From assembly GCA_037481815.1 (NCBI GenBank), contig JBBFKX010000002.1, forward strand, positions 256,001-320,000: a stretch of 64,000 nucleotides of DNA, given 5' to 3'. This document shows positions 1 through 9,299 of the stretch, in pieces. Within the stretch, counting starts at the first letter, position 1. Each line of letters starts with the position of its first letter. This DNA comes from a candidate division WOR-3 bacterium (lineage in GTDB: Bacteria; Hydrothermota; 32-111). A program made the translations under genes and the position numbers. The notes below the pieces were generated by a model. The model saw only the letters and a list, made by a program, of their open reading frames with translations. It was not told the origin of the DNA and made no database searches.

Positions 1-966
1 AACATAAGATCTTATCTGGTTTCCAAACTCTATCGAACTTTTTTTCTCAAGTTTTCCCTGAAGTTTTGCTTCTTCCTGTTCTTTATAAAATTGATATACT
101 TTTGCTTTCAAGATTTTCATAGCGTTCATTTTGTTCTGTATCTGCGATCTTTCCGTCTGTGATTTTGCGAATATACCTGTTGGAAGATGTGTTATCCTTA
201 TAGCTGTTGAAACTTTGTTAACATTCTGTCCACCCGGGCCACCGGCTCTGAAAGCTTCAATTTTTAGATCGTTTTCGTTGAGTTCAAAGTCCGTGTTCTC
301 TTCAATATCAGGGAGAAGATAAACTGCTGCAAACGATGTGTGCCTTCTCTGGTTAGAATCGAATGGTGATATCCTTACAAGACGATGAACCCCGATTTCC
401 GACTTTAAATAACCATACGCATAGTCACCTTCAACTTCAACGGTCACAGATTTTATACCTGCGACATCTCCCGCTTCATAATCGATTATACTGTTTTTAA
501 AACCTTTTCTTTGAAAAAATCTCAAGTACATTCTCAAAAGGATATCAGCCCAATCACAACTTTCTGTTCCTCCGGATCCAGGATGTATCGTTAGAATTGC
601 ATTTGAGTTATCAAATTCATCTGTGAAAAGGAGTTCTATTTCTAAATTTTCAAGTTGTGCTTTCAAATCGTTGACCATTTTTGTCAATTCAACGATCGAT
701 TGATCATCAACTATATCAACAAACTCATCTATGTAGAGAATATCATTTTCAATCTTTTTAAAAAGTTCTACTCTATTTTTTAAGATTTTTAAATCCTTAT
801 TGATTTTAGCAGCTTTTTTTTGATCGTTCCAGAAATCTGGAGAGGACATTTTTTCCTGAAAATTTTTTATATCCTGTTCCCATTTAACAAGATCAACATG
901 TTTTTTCAGATCTTCAAAAATATTATGGATACTCTGAATATCCTCTTTCAGTTTAACATCAAGCAT
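1..966 (-). CDS. prfB: Peptide chain release factor 2 (3' end runs off the window; not in the ORF track)
   Basis: Manual translation from ATG 966 gives MLDVKLKEDIQ...PDFWND...GVHRLVRISPFDSNQRRHTSFA...RAGGPGGQNVNKVSTAIRITHLPTG. The SPF motif marks RF2, and the GGQ motif is present. Confidence 0.96.
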   Translation of the reverse strand, partial: MLDVKLKEDIQSIHNIFEDLKKHVDLVKWEQDIKNFQEKMSSPDFWNDQKKAAKINKDLKILKNRVELFKKIENDILYIDEFVDIVDDQSIVELTKMVNDLKAQLENLEIELLFTDEFDNSNAILTIHPGSGGTESCDWADILLRMYLRFFQRKGFKNSIIDYEAGDVAGIKSVTVEVEGDYAYGYLKSEIGVHRLVRISPFDSNQRRHTSFAAVYLLPDIEENTDFELNENDLKIEAFRAGGPGGQNVNKVSTAIRITHLPTGIFAKSQTERSQIQNKMNAMKILKAKVYQFYKEQEEAKLQGKLEKKSSIEFGNQIRSYV

Positions 967-974
967 AGTTTTTA

Positions 975-1003
975 ATTATATTTATAAAAATGGTAAAAGT
1001 CAA
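975..1003 (-). promoter_or_regulatory. Sigma70-type promoter for prfB, probably leaderless
   Basis: Minus strand reads TTGACT-17 nt-TATAAT-8 nt-ATG, with no SD. Confidence 0.7.
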
Positions 1004-1009
1004 CCTTTC

Positions 1010-1411
1010 TTATTTTGAATATTTTGATACTATGAGTTTTTCGACTGTATCTCTATGTTTGCCAAACCTCACATAAACTCCTCTGAAATTTTCAAGACGG
1101 TTAGGTTTTTCAAAAGGAGAAAGAAGTATCCCTTTATCATCTATATAGTAGGATTTAAAATTTTTAAAATCATAGGTTTTCGTAGTAAAAAAAAACTTTA
1201 CCGTGATGCTCTTATCATCAATCATGTATTTCGTTGGTAAAACATAAGGCAAAAATGTTATCAAAACCGCAATCAAAGAAATAAAAATTCCAATAACTCC
1301 CAAATAAACAAAACCAACAAGAATCATCAAAAGAAAACCCAAAAATGCAATTAAATTTTTAATCACACTCTCATCTCTGATTGGAAAACTGACCCATTCA
1401 AATTTTTCCAT
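1010..1411 (-). CDS. Hypothetical membrane protein (2 TM plus a PH-like soluble domain)
   Basis: 133 aa with two hydrophobic segments; overlaps the HIT gene stop. Confidence 0.7.
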   Translation of the reverse strand: MEKFEWVSFPIRDESVIKNLIAFLGFLLMILVGFVYLGVIGIFISLIAVLITFLPYVLPTKYMIDDKSITVKFFFTTKTYDFKNFKSYYIDDKGILLSPFEKPNRLENFRGVYVRFGKHRDTVEKLIVSKYSK

Positions 1412-1886
1412 TTAAAACCTCTTTTAAACTTTTTTTCAATTTCTTCCTTACACTTTCAAAAGATTCACTTACTATCTTCGTTTCTGAGATTACAGGCATA
1501 AAATTTGTGTCTCCGGACCATCTCGGTACAATGTGTATATGGAGATGGTCTTCTACTCCCGCACCGGAAACTTTTCCATAATTAATTCCAATGTTGAATC
1601 CCTGCGGGTTGTAAGAGTTTTTTAAAATTTTTATTCCAAGTTGAACACCTTCCATCAATCCAACCAAGTTATCTTTATCAAGTTCTTCAAACTTAATATT
1701 ATGTAATAAAGGTGCAACCATTATATGTCCATTTGTGTATGGATATTTGTTGAGGATAATGATAAAATTTTTATCACGGTGTATCAACATTTTTTTTTCT
1801 GGAAAACAGAAAATACATTTTTCCATCTTCTTATCATACTTTTCAAGATATCTGATTCTCCATGGTGCATACAATCTTTTCATCAT
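1398..1886 (-). CDS. HIT family nucleotide hydrolase / Ap4A phosphorylase-like
   Basis: [19 protein letters not shown] and the [10 protein letters not shown] histidine triad. Confidence 0.92.
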   Translation of the reverse strand: MMKRLYAPWRIRYLEKYDKKMEKCIFCFPEKKMLIHRDKNFIIILNKYPYTNGHIMVAPLLHNIKFEELDKDNLVGLMEGVQLGIKILKNSYNPQGFNIGINYGKVSGAGVEDHLHIHIVPRWSGDTNFMPVISETKIVSESFESVRKKLKKSLKEVLNGKI

Positions 1887-3013
1887 ACCTCCTTTATCTG
1901 TCCATAAACTCCATCGTATCCTGGTAAGAATTCTATTCTGTTTTTTCTAACTTTCAACAAAAAATTTACAAATTCTTCGTCATAAAAATCAAGTAAAGTT
2001 TTTTCATCAGCGAACGTTTTCATCTCCATTTCTGGGAAAATTTTTAAAAACTCTAAAAATGTTAACTTTTTTTTATTCTTTTTATAAACCTTATAATAGT
2101 ATTCTATTGGAAGAGAATAGAAGACCTTTTTATTCAAAATTTTACCACTCTTTTTAAAACTGTTTATTCGACTTAAAACTCCCTCTGTCAATTTTTTCCC
2201 ACAAACAGGGCAGATTTCAAAATTTTCTCCTGTTGAGAAATCACATTTTCTGTGTCCGGAAAGAAAATATTTTCCCTCCTGAGGGAAAAACTCAACAGTT
2301 CCAAAAATTTTGTTGTTTTCAAAAATATCTTTTAAAAATCTTATATCATCTTTCCAGTATTCTAAAATTGTAGATTCTCTACCGATATTTTCTGGAGAAT
2401 GGGAATCTGAGAATGAAACGAAAGTAAAGTTTTTGATCATATCTACAGATATACACATAAAAGGATCAGAGGAAAGACCTGTTTCAAGTGCGGAAAAAAA
2501 ATCTTTTTTAACAGGTAAATAGGAGTACCCTGATTTACACCCAAATAGGCCAAAATGTGGTGTCCAGATATGTGCAGGTATTATCAGAATATCCTCTGAG
2601 ATATTCTTCAGTATTTCAACGGTTTCTTTTAAATCTTTCTTAACAATCCCTCTGCCATCACTATCAAAATTTGAACAATCAGAAAATATTTTTTTTACTT
2701 TATAGATTTTTTCAAAATCTGGAAAAATTAACATAAGATGTATCTTTTTACCAGTTTCTTCTTTATAGAAGAGAGAGATTTCGGTGGTAAGCAAAATTTT
2801 TGTTCCGTTGTAAGAATAAACACCATATCCAATTTCTTTCAAATTTTTTTTCGCATCTTCAAACATCAAAGGATGAAGTATATCGGAACTTCCAATAACA
2901 TCTATCCCTTTCATTTTTGCAAACTCTGAAAAGTTTTTTAGATCACCATTTTTAGAAGATGCAAGCGAATATTTTGAATGTAGATGTAAATCAAGAAAAA
3001 TCATTTTTTGCAT
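1883..3013 (-). CDS. Endonuclease Q family PHP-domain protein with Zn ribbon (alternative start at 3004)
   Basis: [35 protein letters not shown]...GRE, and GHRKC...CPVCG. Confidence 0.85.
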   Translation of the reverse strand: MQKMIFLDLHLHSKYSLASSKNGDLKNFSEFAKMKGIDVIGSSDILHPLMFEDAKKNLKEIGYGVYSYNGTKILLTTEISLFYKEETGKKIHLMLIFPDFEKIYKVKKIFSDCSNFDSDGRGIVKKDLKETVEILKNISEDILIIPAHIWTPHFGLFGCKSGYSYLPVKKDFFSALETGLSSDPFMCISVDMIKNFTFVSFSDSHSPENIGRESTILEYWKDDIRFLKDIFENNKIFGTVEFFPQEGKYFLSGHRKCDFSTGENFEICPVCGKKLTEGVLSRINSFKKSGKILNKKVFYSLPIEYYYKVYKKNKKKLTFLEFLKIFPEMEMKTFADEKTLLDFYDEEFVNFLLKVRKNRIEFLPGYDGVYGQIKEV

Positions 3014-3732
3014 ACAACAAGTCCTCTTTCGGAGTAATCGTTCAATTTTTTCATCGTAGAAAAATCGTAAAAATCAACAGTTTGAAAACCTGCTTTTTTT
3101 AAACCATCCTCCAATTCCTCAGGGAATATAGCTCTTTCACTAAAAACAAAAGATTCGGTTTTCTTATTAAAAAACTCTATCCTCAAATTCAAAGTACATA
3201 TTCTACTTTCCGGATCATATTCGGTATCCCAGAAGGAGATAAAACCATTCCCATCTCGAATCTGTGAATTTTTTGACATAAGATCAAGTCCAAACTCTGT
3301 GTTAAAATCAAAAATAAAAATTGCATCATCTTTAAGGATATTAAATACATTTGAAAAAAAGATTGTTATATTTTCTTCTGTAATATGGTTTACAGTATCA
3401 TACATACATATTGCAAGATCAAATTTCTTTTTGATACTTAGTTTAAGAATATCACAACAAACAAATGTTGAGATATTCCTGTAATTTTTCTTTTGCGCTT
3501 CTTTTAACATTTCAATTGAAAGATCAACGAGAGTTACATTGAATCCATATTCGGAAAGATGTTTTGAAAGATTTCCTGTTCCAGCACCCAAATCGATTAA
3601 CTCTTTACCTTTAACTTTGAAACCTTTACAAACATTATAGATGTTTTCTGCCCATATTTTATATGGAACCATACTCATAAAAGAGTCATATAAATTGGCT
3701 ATTCCATCGTAATCGAAGATAATCCTATCCAT
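3001..3732 (-). CDS. Class I SAM-dependent methyltransferase
   Basis: LIDLGAGTG motif I, followed by VDLSIEML and [13 protein letters not shown]. Confidence 0.9.
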   Translation of the reverse strand: MDRIIFDYDGIANLYDSFMSMVPYKIWAENIYNVCKGFKVKGKELIDLGAGTGNLSKHLSEYGFNVTLVDLSIEMLKEAQKKNYRNISTFVCCDILKLSIKKKFDLAICMYDTVNHITEENITIFFSNVFNILKDDAIFIFDFNTEFGLDLMSKNSQIRDGNGFISFWDTEYDPESRICTLNLRIEFFNKKTESFVFSERAIFPEELEDGLKKAGFQTVDFYDFSTMKKLNDYSERGLVVCKK

Positions 3733-4663
3733 TCTTTAGTATTTTATCAAGAATCTCCATCACCTCTGAGTAATCGGTTGTTCTGTTAATCCTTTCTTTG
3801 AAAATTTTTATATTCTTAACACCTTTTAAATACCAGTGAAAATGTTTCCTCATTATATAGATGTTTTCTTTTTTCTTTCCATCATCTGTTGCAAGTTTAT
3901 AGTGTTCCTTTAAAACTTTTATCTTTTCTTCAAGTGATGGTATCTCATATTTCCCGCTTTTCAAATAATCTTTTATCTGTTTAAAAATCCACGGATTTCC
4001 AAGAGTTGCTCTTCCAATCATTATCGAATCCACTTTTGATTCTTCCCATAATCTTACAGCATCCTCCGGATTTTGTATATCACCGTTTCCAACAACCGGA
4101 ATGTTAATGTTTTCCTTAACAAGTTTTATCGAATTCCAATCCGCTTTTCCAGAAAACAACGATGTTGCAATCCTTCCGTGAACAGTTATAAAAGTTACAC
4201 CACAATCCTGAAGTATTTGAGCGATTTTAATCCCTTTATCGGTATTGTATCCTAATCGCATCTTACACGATACCGGTAATCTTGTTGAAGAAACAACTGA
4301 AATTATTGCATCCTTCAGATTTCTGAAATCTTTGAGCAACGCAGAACCGTATCCCTGTTTTATCACCTTTTTTACAGAACATCCCAGATTTATATCTATG
4401 AAATCTGGAGAAAGTTCATTCAGTTTCATCGTAGCATTTGAAAGAATTTCTGGATCTTTACCAAAAATTTGAATTCCAAAAGGTCTTTCCTCTTCAGTAA
4501 AATATGTCAACAGAAAAGTTTTTTTTGAGTTTCTGTACAACCCATCTGCTGAAATCAATTCGCTGTATGTGAAATCAGCTCCAAACTTTTTGCATATCCT
4601 TCTGAAATATGTATCCGTTATTCCTGCAAGGGGAGCTAAAAAGATTTTCCCTCTAACATCCAT
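3725..4663 (-). CDS. dusB: tRNA-dihydrouridine synthase (DusB/NifR3 family)
   Basis: LAPLAGITD, IDINLGC, TVHGR, GNGDI and MIGRATLGNPWIF. Confidence 0.93.
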   Translation of the reverse strand: MDVRGKIFLAPLAGITDTYFRRICKKFGADFTYSELISADGLYRNSKKTFLLTYFTEEERPFGIQIFGKDPEILSNATMKLNELSPDFIDINLGCSVKKVIKQGYGSALLKDFRNLKDAIISVVSSTRLPVSCKMRLGYNTDKGIKIAQILQDCGVTFITVHGRIATSLFSGKADWNSIKLVKENINIPVVGNGDIQNPEDAVRLWEESKVDSIMIGRATLGNPWIFKQIKDYLKSGKYEIPSLEEKIKVLKEHYKLATDDGKKKENIYIMRKHFHWYLKGVKNIKIFKERINRTTDYSEVMEILDKILKNG

Positions 4664-5587
4664 CTATTCAATAATAGAATCAAAATCGATGAAATTTAAA
4701 GGATTTACTTTATCGTTTGCTATCCTGACCTCATAATGGAGATGTGTTCCAGTTGATCTTCCAGTACTACCCATATAACCGATGAGTTGATGCCTTTTTA
4801 CTTTATCCCCGACTTTTACTTTAAAAGAATTCAAATGTGCATAAACTGTTATATAACCATAACCATGATCTATCTTCAAAGTTTTTCCATATCCAGGCAA
4901 ATAGTCAGCAAAAATAACCTCTCCATCCGCTGAAGCATAAATTGGAGGAGCTGATTGGTTCGCTATATCAAGACCAGTATGGAACTCAGGTGTTTTAGTA
5001 AATGGATCCAATCTGTAACCAAAACCACTCATTATAGTTCCATTCGTTGGGAATATTGAAGGTGTGTGTTTTAAAAGTTTATATTGTTCCTGAAGTGCAT
5101 TTTCTATTTTTGAAAAGTTTTTCCTTTCAAAATCTATAATCTTATCAAGATGCATAATTTTTTGATCCACATTCGTTATCAATCTTTTTGTTAAAAGATC
5201 AAATTTTTTAAATCTCGCATCCTCTATCTGATAACCACCAAGACCGAGTTGTCTTATATCATCGGATAAAGGATCAAGATTTGCAAGAATTCTCAGTTTT
5301 TTTTCATAATCGATCAAAACATTCATCTTCTCGATATTCTGTTCAAGAACATTGAGATTCTTTGCAATCGATGATATGTAGAAATCTCTTTTCGAATAAA
5401 TTTCAATCAAGGATTCAGGGTTCAGATTGTTAACGTATGAGAATATAAGAACTGATGAGGAAAATAAGAGAAGAAAAGACAGAGTTAAAAAGAAAATTTT
5501 AATTTTTTGAACTTCGAAATTGAGAATTATAGGTTTACCTGAAGAAATATATTCGTTGTGCAGTATTATCGAAATTCTTTTTTTCAT
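4664..5587 (-). CDS. M23 family peptidoglycan endopeptidase (TM, coiled coil, LytM domain)
   Basis: HTGLD and HLHYEV zinc motifs, YAHL, and an N-terminal TM. Confidence 0.92.
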   Translation of the reverse strand: MKKRISIILHNEYISSGKPIILNFEVQKIKIFFLTLSFLLLFSSSVLIFSYVNNLNPESLIEIYSKRDFYISSIAKNLNVLEQNIEKMNVLIDYEKKLRILANLDPLSDDIRQLGLGGYQIEDARFKKFDLLTKRLITNVDQKIMHLDKIIDFERKNFSKIENALQEQYKLLKHTPSIFPTNGTIMSGFGYRLDPFTKTPEFHTGLDIANQSAPPIYASADGEVIFADYLPGYGKTLKIDHGYGYITVYAHLNSFKVKVGDKVKRHQLIGYMGSTGRSTGTHLHYEVRIANDKVNPLNFIDFDSIIE

Positions 5588-5594
5588 AAAATTT

Positions 5595-5622
5595 ATTATA
5601 AGAATGTTTTTTTACAAGTCAA
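5595..5622 (-). promoter_or_regulatory. Sigma70-type promoter for the M23-dusB operon, probably leaderless
   Basis: Minus strand reads TTGACT-16 nt-TATAAT-7 nt-ATG(5587). Confidence 0.65.
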
Positions 5623-5643
5623 TAAAAAATTTTAATTTTCCTA

Positions 5644-5710
5644 TTGACAAAATGGAGTAAAAAGGTAAAATATGGTAAAAAATGGTAAAAAATGGAGTAC
5701 CATGGAAACA
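5644..5710 (+). promoter_or_regulatory. dcw promoter with an overlapping MraZ-box-like direct-repeat array
   Basis: TTGACA at 5644-5649 and TAAAAT at 5666-5671. Six 10-bp-periodic units: aatggagtaa, aaaggtaaaa, tatggtaaaa, aatggtaaaa, aatggagtac, catggaaaca. Confidence 0.75.
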
Positions 5711-6139
5711 AAGTTGAGATTCATCGGATTTAAAATTGTTAACATTGAAGAGAACGGGAGAATAATCATTCCATCAGTATTCAGAGAGAATCTCAACTCT
5801 AAAGTTTTCTTCATCATACCTGGAAGAGAAAAAGTTTTGCATATCTATCCTGAAATCTCGTTTTTGAAACTTGAAGAGAAAATAGAAAAACTTGAATCAG
5901 AAGAAGAAAAAAGCATCATCATAAATACAATCTTTGCTAATTCAAGAAAGGTCGTAAGAGATTCTGTCTGGAGGATATCAATTCCGCAACAACTTCTCGA
6001 TCATGCAAATTTAAAGAACGAGGTAAAAATAGTCGGAGCAAAAGATAAACTTGATTTCTGGAACCCAGATATTCATGAAGAGTTCAACAGAAAACTATTA
6101 TCAGAAAAAATTGATCTATTCAAAAAGGTAGGTTTATGA
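5702..6139 (+). CDS. mraZ: Division/cell wall cluster transcriptional repressor MraZ
   Basis: Two AbrB-like repeats (ENGRIIIP, DSVWRISIP), position at the head of dcw, and KLDFWN. ATG 5702 is preferred because ATG 5672 lies directly against the -10 box. Confidence 0.88.
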   Translation: METKLRFIGFKIVNIEENGRIIIPSVFRENLNSKVFFIIPGREKVLHIYPEISFLKLEEKIEKLESEEEKSIIINTIFANSRKVVRDSVWRISIPQQLLDHANLKNEVKIVGAKDKLDFWNPDIHEEFNRKLLSEKIDLFKKVGL

Positions 6140-6480
6140 TGAAACTCTATCTTGAAAAAAAAGTATCATATTCCCTTTTAAAAATAACTGGAAACATAGA
6201 TTTAAACGATCTTAAAAGTTTGAGAGAAACCTTACAGATGTTGGCGGATCAAAACAAACCTCTTATAATAGATCTAAGAAATTTGAAAAATACCCATTAT
6301 AAAATAGGATTACTTCTAAGAGGGATAAAGAGATTATTTTTAAGGAGATGTTTACCATTAAAAATCGTATGCAGAGATCCTTATATACTTACGATAATTT
6401 CGCTCTTTGATTATGATATAGTGTACGATACCACGAAAGATCTCGTTTCAGCAAAAAATTTTATTGAATTGAAAATCTGA
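6136..6480 (+). CDS. STAS-domain (anti-sigma antagonist-like) protein
   Basis: LLKITGNID...LIIDLRNL...LKIV..DPYI STAS pattern; 114 aa; ATGA-coupled to mraZ. Confidence 0.75.
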   Translation: MMKLYLEKKVSYSLLKITGNIDLNDLKSLRETLQMLADQNKPLIIDLRNLKNTHYKIGLLLRGIKRLFLRRCLPLKIVCRDPYILTIISLFDYDIVYDTTKDLVSAKNFIELKI

Positions 6481-6482
6481 TT

Positions 6483-7322
6483 ATGCATCAACCCGTAATG
6501 GTGGAAAGCGTAATAGAAAACTTAAAAATACGGGGAGATGGAACATATTTAGATCTGACAGCGGGTTTTGGGGGACATTCAAAAAAGATTCTAGAAAAAT
6601 TATCAGAAAGAGGGAAATTGATACTTGTTGACAGAGATCCTTTTGCTATAGAACATTTGAAAAACATTTTTAAAGAAAACAAGAACGTTGTTATTTTAAA
6701 AATGAATTTTAAAGATATCTCTTTTGACTTTAAATTCGATGGAATACTTTTGGATCTCGGTGTATCATCCTATCAGTATGATACATCTTCTCGAGGTTTT
6801 TCTTATAGATACAATGCTCCACTCGATCTGAGAATGGATCCTGAGGAAAAAAATAGATTTTCAGAAATTTTCAAAATGAACGTTTCCCAAATCGCTTCAA
6901 TTATAAAAGATTACTCTGAAGAATATGATTCTGAAAATATTGCAAAAGAGATTTTTAAAAAGATCCAAAAAGATGAGTTAAAAACAACTTTTGACCTGAA
7001 AGAAGCTATAATCAAAGGAAAAAAAGGAAGGGATGTTCCAAAAGGTTTAAAACGAGTTTTTATGGCTTTTAGAATTTTTGTAAACGACGAATTGAACTCT
7101 CTTGAAATCTTATTGAACAAACTATCAAAAATTACAAATCCAAAATCGAGAGTGGTTATAATCACCTATCACTCAATTGAGGACAGGTTGGTAAAAAATT
7201 TCATAAAAAATTCAAAAGATTTTATTCCAGTTTTCAAAAAGGTATTAAGACCAACATTTGAAGAGATCAGGAACAACAAAAGGGCAAAATCAGCAAAGAT
7301 GAGAGTTTTTGAAAGAGTATGA
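6483..7322 (+). CDS. rsmH: 16S rRNA m4C1402 methyltransferase RsmH
   Basis: HQPVM, DLTAGFGGHS, LDLGVSSYQ, RGFSY, LDLRMD, YHSIEDR. Confidence 0.96.
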   Translation: MHQPVMVESVIENLKIRGDGTYLDLTAGFGGHSKKILEKLSERGKLILVDRDPFAIEHLKNIFKENKNVVILKMNFKDISFDFKFDGILLDLGVSSYQYDTSSRGFSYRYNAPLDLRMDPEEKNRFSEIFKMNVSQIASIIKDYSEEYDSENIAKEIFKKIQKDELKTTFDLKEAIIKGKKGRDVPKGLKRVFMAFRIFVNDELNSLEILLNKLSKITNPKSRVVIITYHSIEDRLVKNFIKNSKDFIPVFKKVLRPTFEEIRNNKRAKSAKMRVFERV

Positions 7323-7576
7323 AAAAAGTTTTTTTTATAATTTTAGTTTTTATCTATCTTCTACTTTTTCCTTTAACCAGATTTTATATTTTAAAATTAA
7401 CAAGTTCAAACGATTTTTTAAGACGAGAGTTAAAAGAACATCAAAAGAAAAAAAATGAACTTTTGTTGAAAATAGATTATCTGACATCCATAACTAGGTT
7501 GGAAAAGGTTGCTTTTGATACTTTAAATTTAAAGTATCCTGCTGGAAAAGATTATGAATGGATATCTAAAAAATAG
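7319..7576 (+). CDS. ftsL: Cell division protein FtsL
   Basis: TM plus a short coiled coil with RLEKVA..LNL; lies between rsmH and ftsI. Confidence 0.8.
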   Translation: MKKVFFIILVFIYLLLFPLTRFYILKLTSSNDFLRRELKEHQKKKNELLLKIDYLTSITRLEKVAFDTLNLKYPAGKDYEWISKK

Positions 7577-9299
7577 AAAAGAAAAAAGTGTAAACGTTTT
7601 TCTAAAAAACTCATTGAGCATTTTTACAACGATATTCGTGATAATTTTGGTTTTGAATCTGTTTTACAAGCAGATAGTTCTACACTATTCTCTTGATGAT
7701 CTGTATAGAAAGAAAAGTTCTATAAAATTCTTTGATAAAGCCGAAAGAGGACTTATAAAGGATAGAAAAGGATATGTTATTGCAACAAACATCAACTCTT
7801 ACAACATATATGTATCAAAAAAACTTGTTAAAGATAAAGAAAAAGTTGCAAGAATCCTTTCAGAAAACTCTATAATTGATTATTATACCGCATTAAAAAA
7901 ACTTAATTCAAGAAAAGAGTGGATCCCTATAAAATTTAACGTTGATGAAAATATAGCTTTAAAATTAAAAAACAGGTATCCAAGTATAATTGTTAAAGAA
8001 GAAAAAACCAGATATTATAATAAACCAGAAGTGTTTTCAAATGTTATAGGTTTTGTAGGTGTAGATGATACTGGTCTTGAAGGGATCGAATATAAATATG
8101 ACAAAATCTTAAAAGGTAAAAATGGTTACATAACCTACCAGAAAAAACCAAATGGAAAAATATACAAACATCCTTTAAATGAAGATAAACCGGCAAAAAA
8201 AGGAAAAGATATAACTTTAACTCTCGATTATAGGTTTCAGGAAGCATGTTATAACATCGCAAAAGATTATTGTGAGAAATTTTCTGCAAAAAAGGCCCTC
8301 GTTATAGTGTTACAGAGTAAAACAGGAGAAATTTTTGCAATGGCTGAATATCCATCTTACAATTCGAATCTTCATGGGTTGGGTGATATTTCCAGCTATC
8401 AAAACTATGGAGCTGTAAACCTGTTTGAACCAGGTTCAGTTTTCAAAATTGTTGTAACTGCAGCAGCTATAGAAGCAGGTTTTGATACATCGGTCATATT
8501 AAAAGAAGAAGATGAAGATACTTTGATAATCTCAAAAAAAAGGATAACAGATTCTCATGATTTTGGAAAATTGAATTTTAAAGAATCTTTTACTGTTTCA
8601 AGTAATATAGCGTTCGTAAACCTTGGTAAAAAAATAGGGAAAGAAAAAATTTACAGTATGATCAAAAGGTTTAACTTCTTATCAAAAACTAACTCCGGTT
8701 TTCCCGGCGAACAATCGGGACAAATTACACCTTTAGAAAAATGCAGGGAAATAAATTTTGCCAATCTTTGTTTTGGGCAGGGAATCAGTGTTACTGCATT
8801 ACAACTTGTGGCTGCATACAATTGTATAGCAAATGATGGTATTTATATAAATCCCAAAATCGTTAAAGAGGTTGATAATAGAACAGCGGTAAAAAATATA
8901 AAAGAAAAAGTTCTTCAAAAAAATGTTGCATTAAAAATTAAAGAATTATTGTTGTCAGTAGTTGAGATGGGAACCGGATTAAAGGCAAAAGTTGATGGAA
9001 TAAAAATAGCAGGAAAAACTGGAACAGCAGAAAAATATATTGAAAACATAGGTTATAAAAAAGGATATTACATCTCTTCCTTTGTGGGATTCTTCCCTGC
9101 TGATGATCCTGAGTTTACCATCTTAACACTGCTCGATGAACCTAAAAACCAGTATTGGGCAAGTGAAACAACCGCTCCGATGTTCTCGGATGTTTTAAAA
9201 AGAATAATAAATCTTGACGACTACAGATTTCTTGTGGAAAAGAATAAAGAAAGGGAGACAATCGAAAATGGAACTAAAAGATTTGCTAAAAGATCTTGA
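7554..9299 (+). CDS. ftsI: Class B penicillin-binding protein FtsI
   Basis: RG.I.DR.G, GLEGIE, and the SVFK (SxxK), SSN (SxN) and KTG motifs. Confidence 0.93.
   Translation: MNGYLKNRKEKSVNVFLKNSLSIFTTIFVIILVLNLFYKQIVLHYSLDDLYRKKSSIKFFDKAERGLIKDRKGYVIATNINSYNIYVSKKLVKDKEKVARILSENSIIDYYTALKKLNSRKEWIPIKFNVDENIALKLKNRYPSIIVKEEKTRYYNKPEVFSNVIGFVGVDDTGLEGIEYKYDKILKGKNGYITYQKKPNGKIYKHPLNEDKPAKKGKDITLTLDYRFQEACYNIAKDYCEKFSAKKALVIVLQSKTGEIFAMAEYPSYNSNLHGLGDISSYQNYGAVNLFEPGSVFKIVVTAAAIEAGFDTSVILKEEDEDTLIISKKRITDSHDFGKLNFKESFTVSSNIAFVNLGKKIGKEKIYSMIKRFNFLSKTNSGFPGEQSGQITPLEKCREINFANLCFGQGISVTALQLVAAYNCIANDGIYINPKIVKEVDNRTAVKNIKEKVLQKNVALKIKELLLSVVEMGTGLKAKVDGIKIAGKTGTAEKYIENIGYKKGYYISSFVGFFPADDPEFTILTLLDEPKNQYWASETTAPMFSDVLKRIINLDDYRFLVEKNKERETIENGTKRFAKRS

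Noticed and set aside
5672..5701. Upstream mraZ start (MVKNGKKWST extension)
   Set aside because: It starts immediately at the -10 box and merely translates the operator repeats.
5651..5710. Short direct repeats as a CRISPR array or VNTR
   Set aside because: The units are degenerate 10-mers without spacers, there are no cas genes, and an MraZ operator explains them better.
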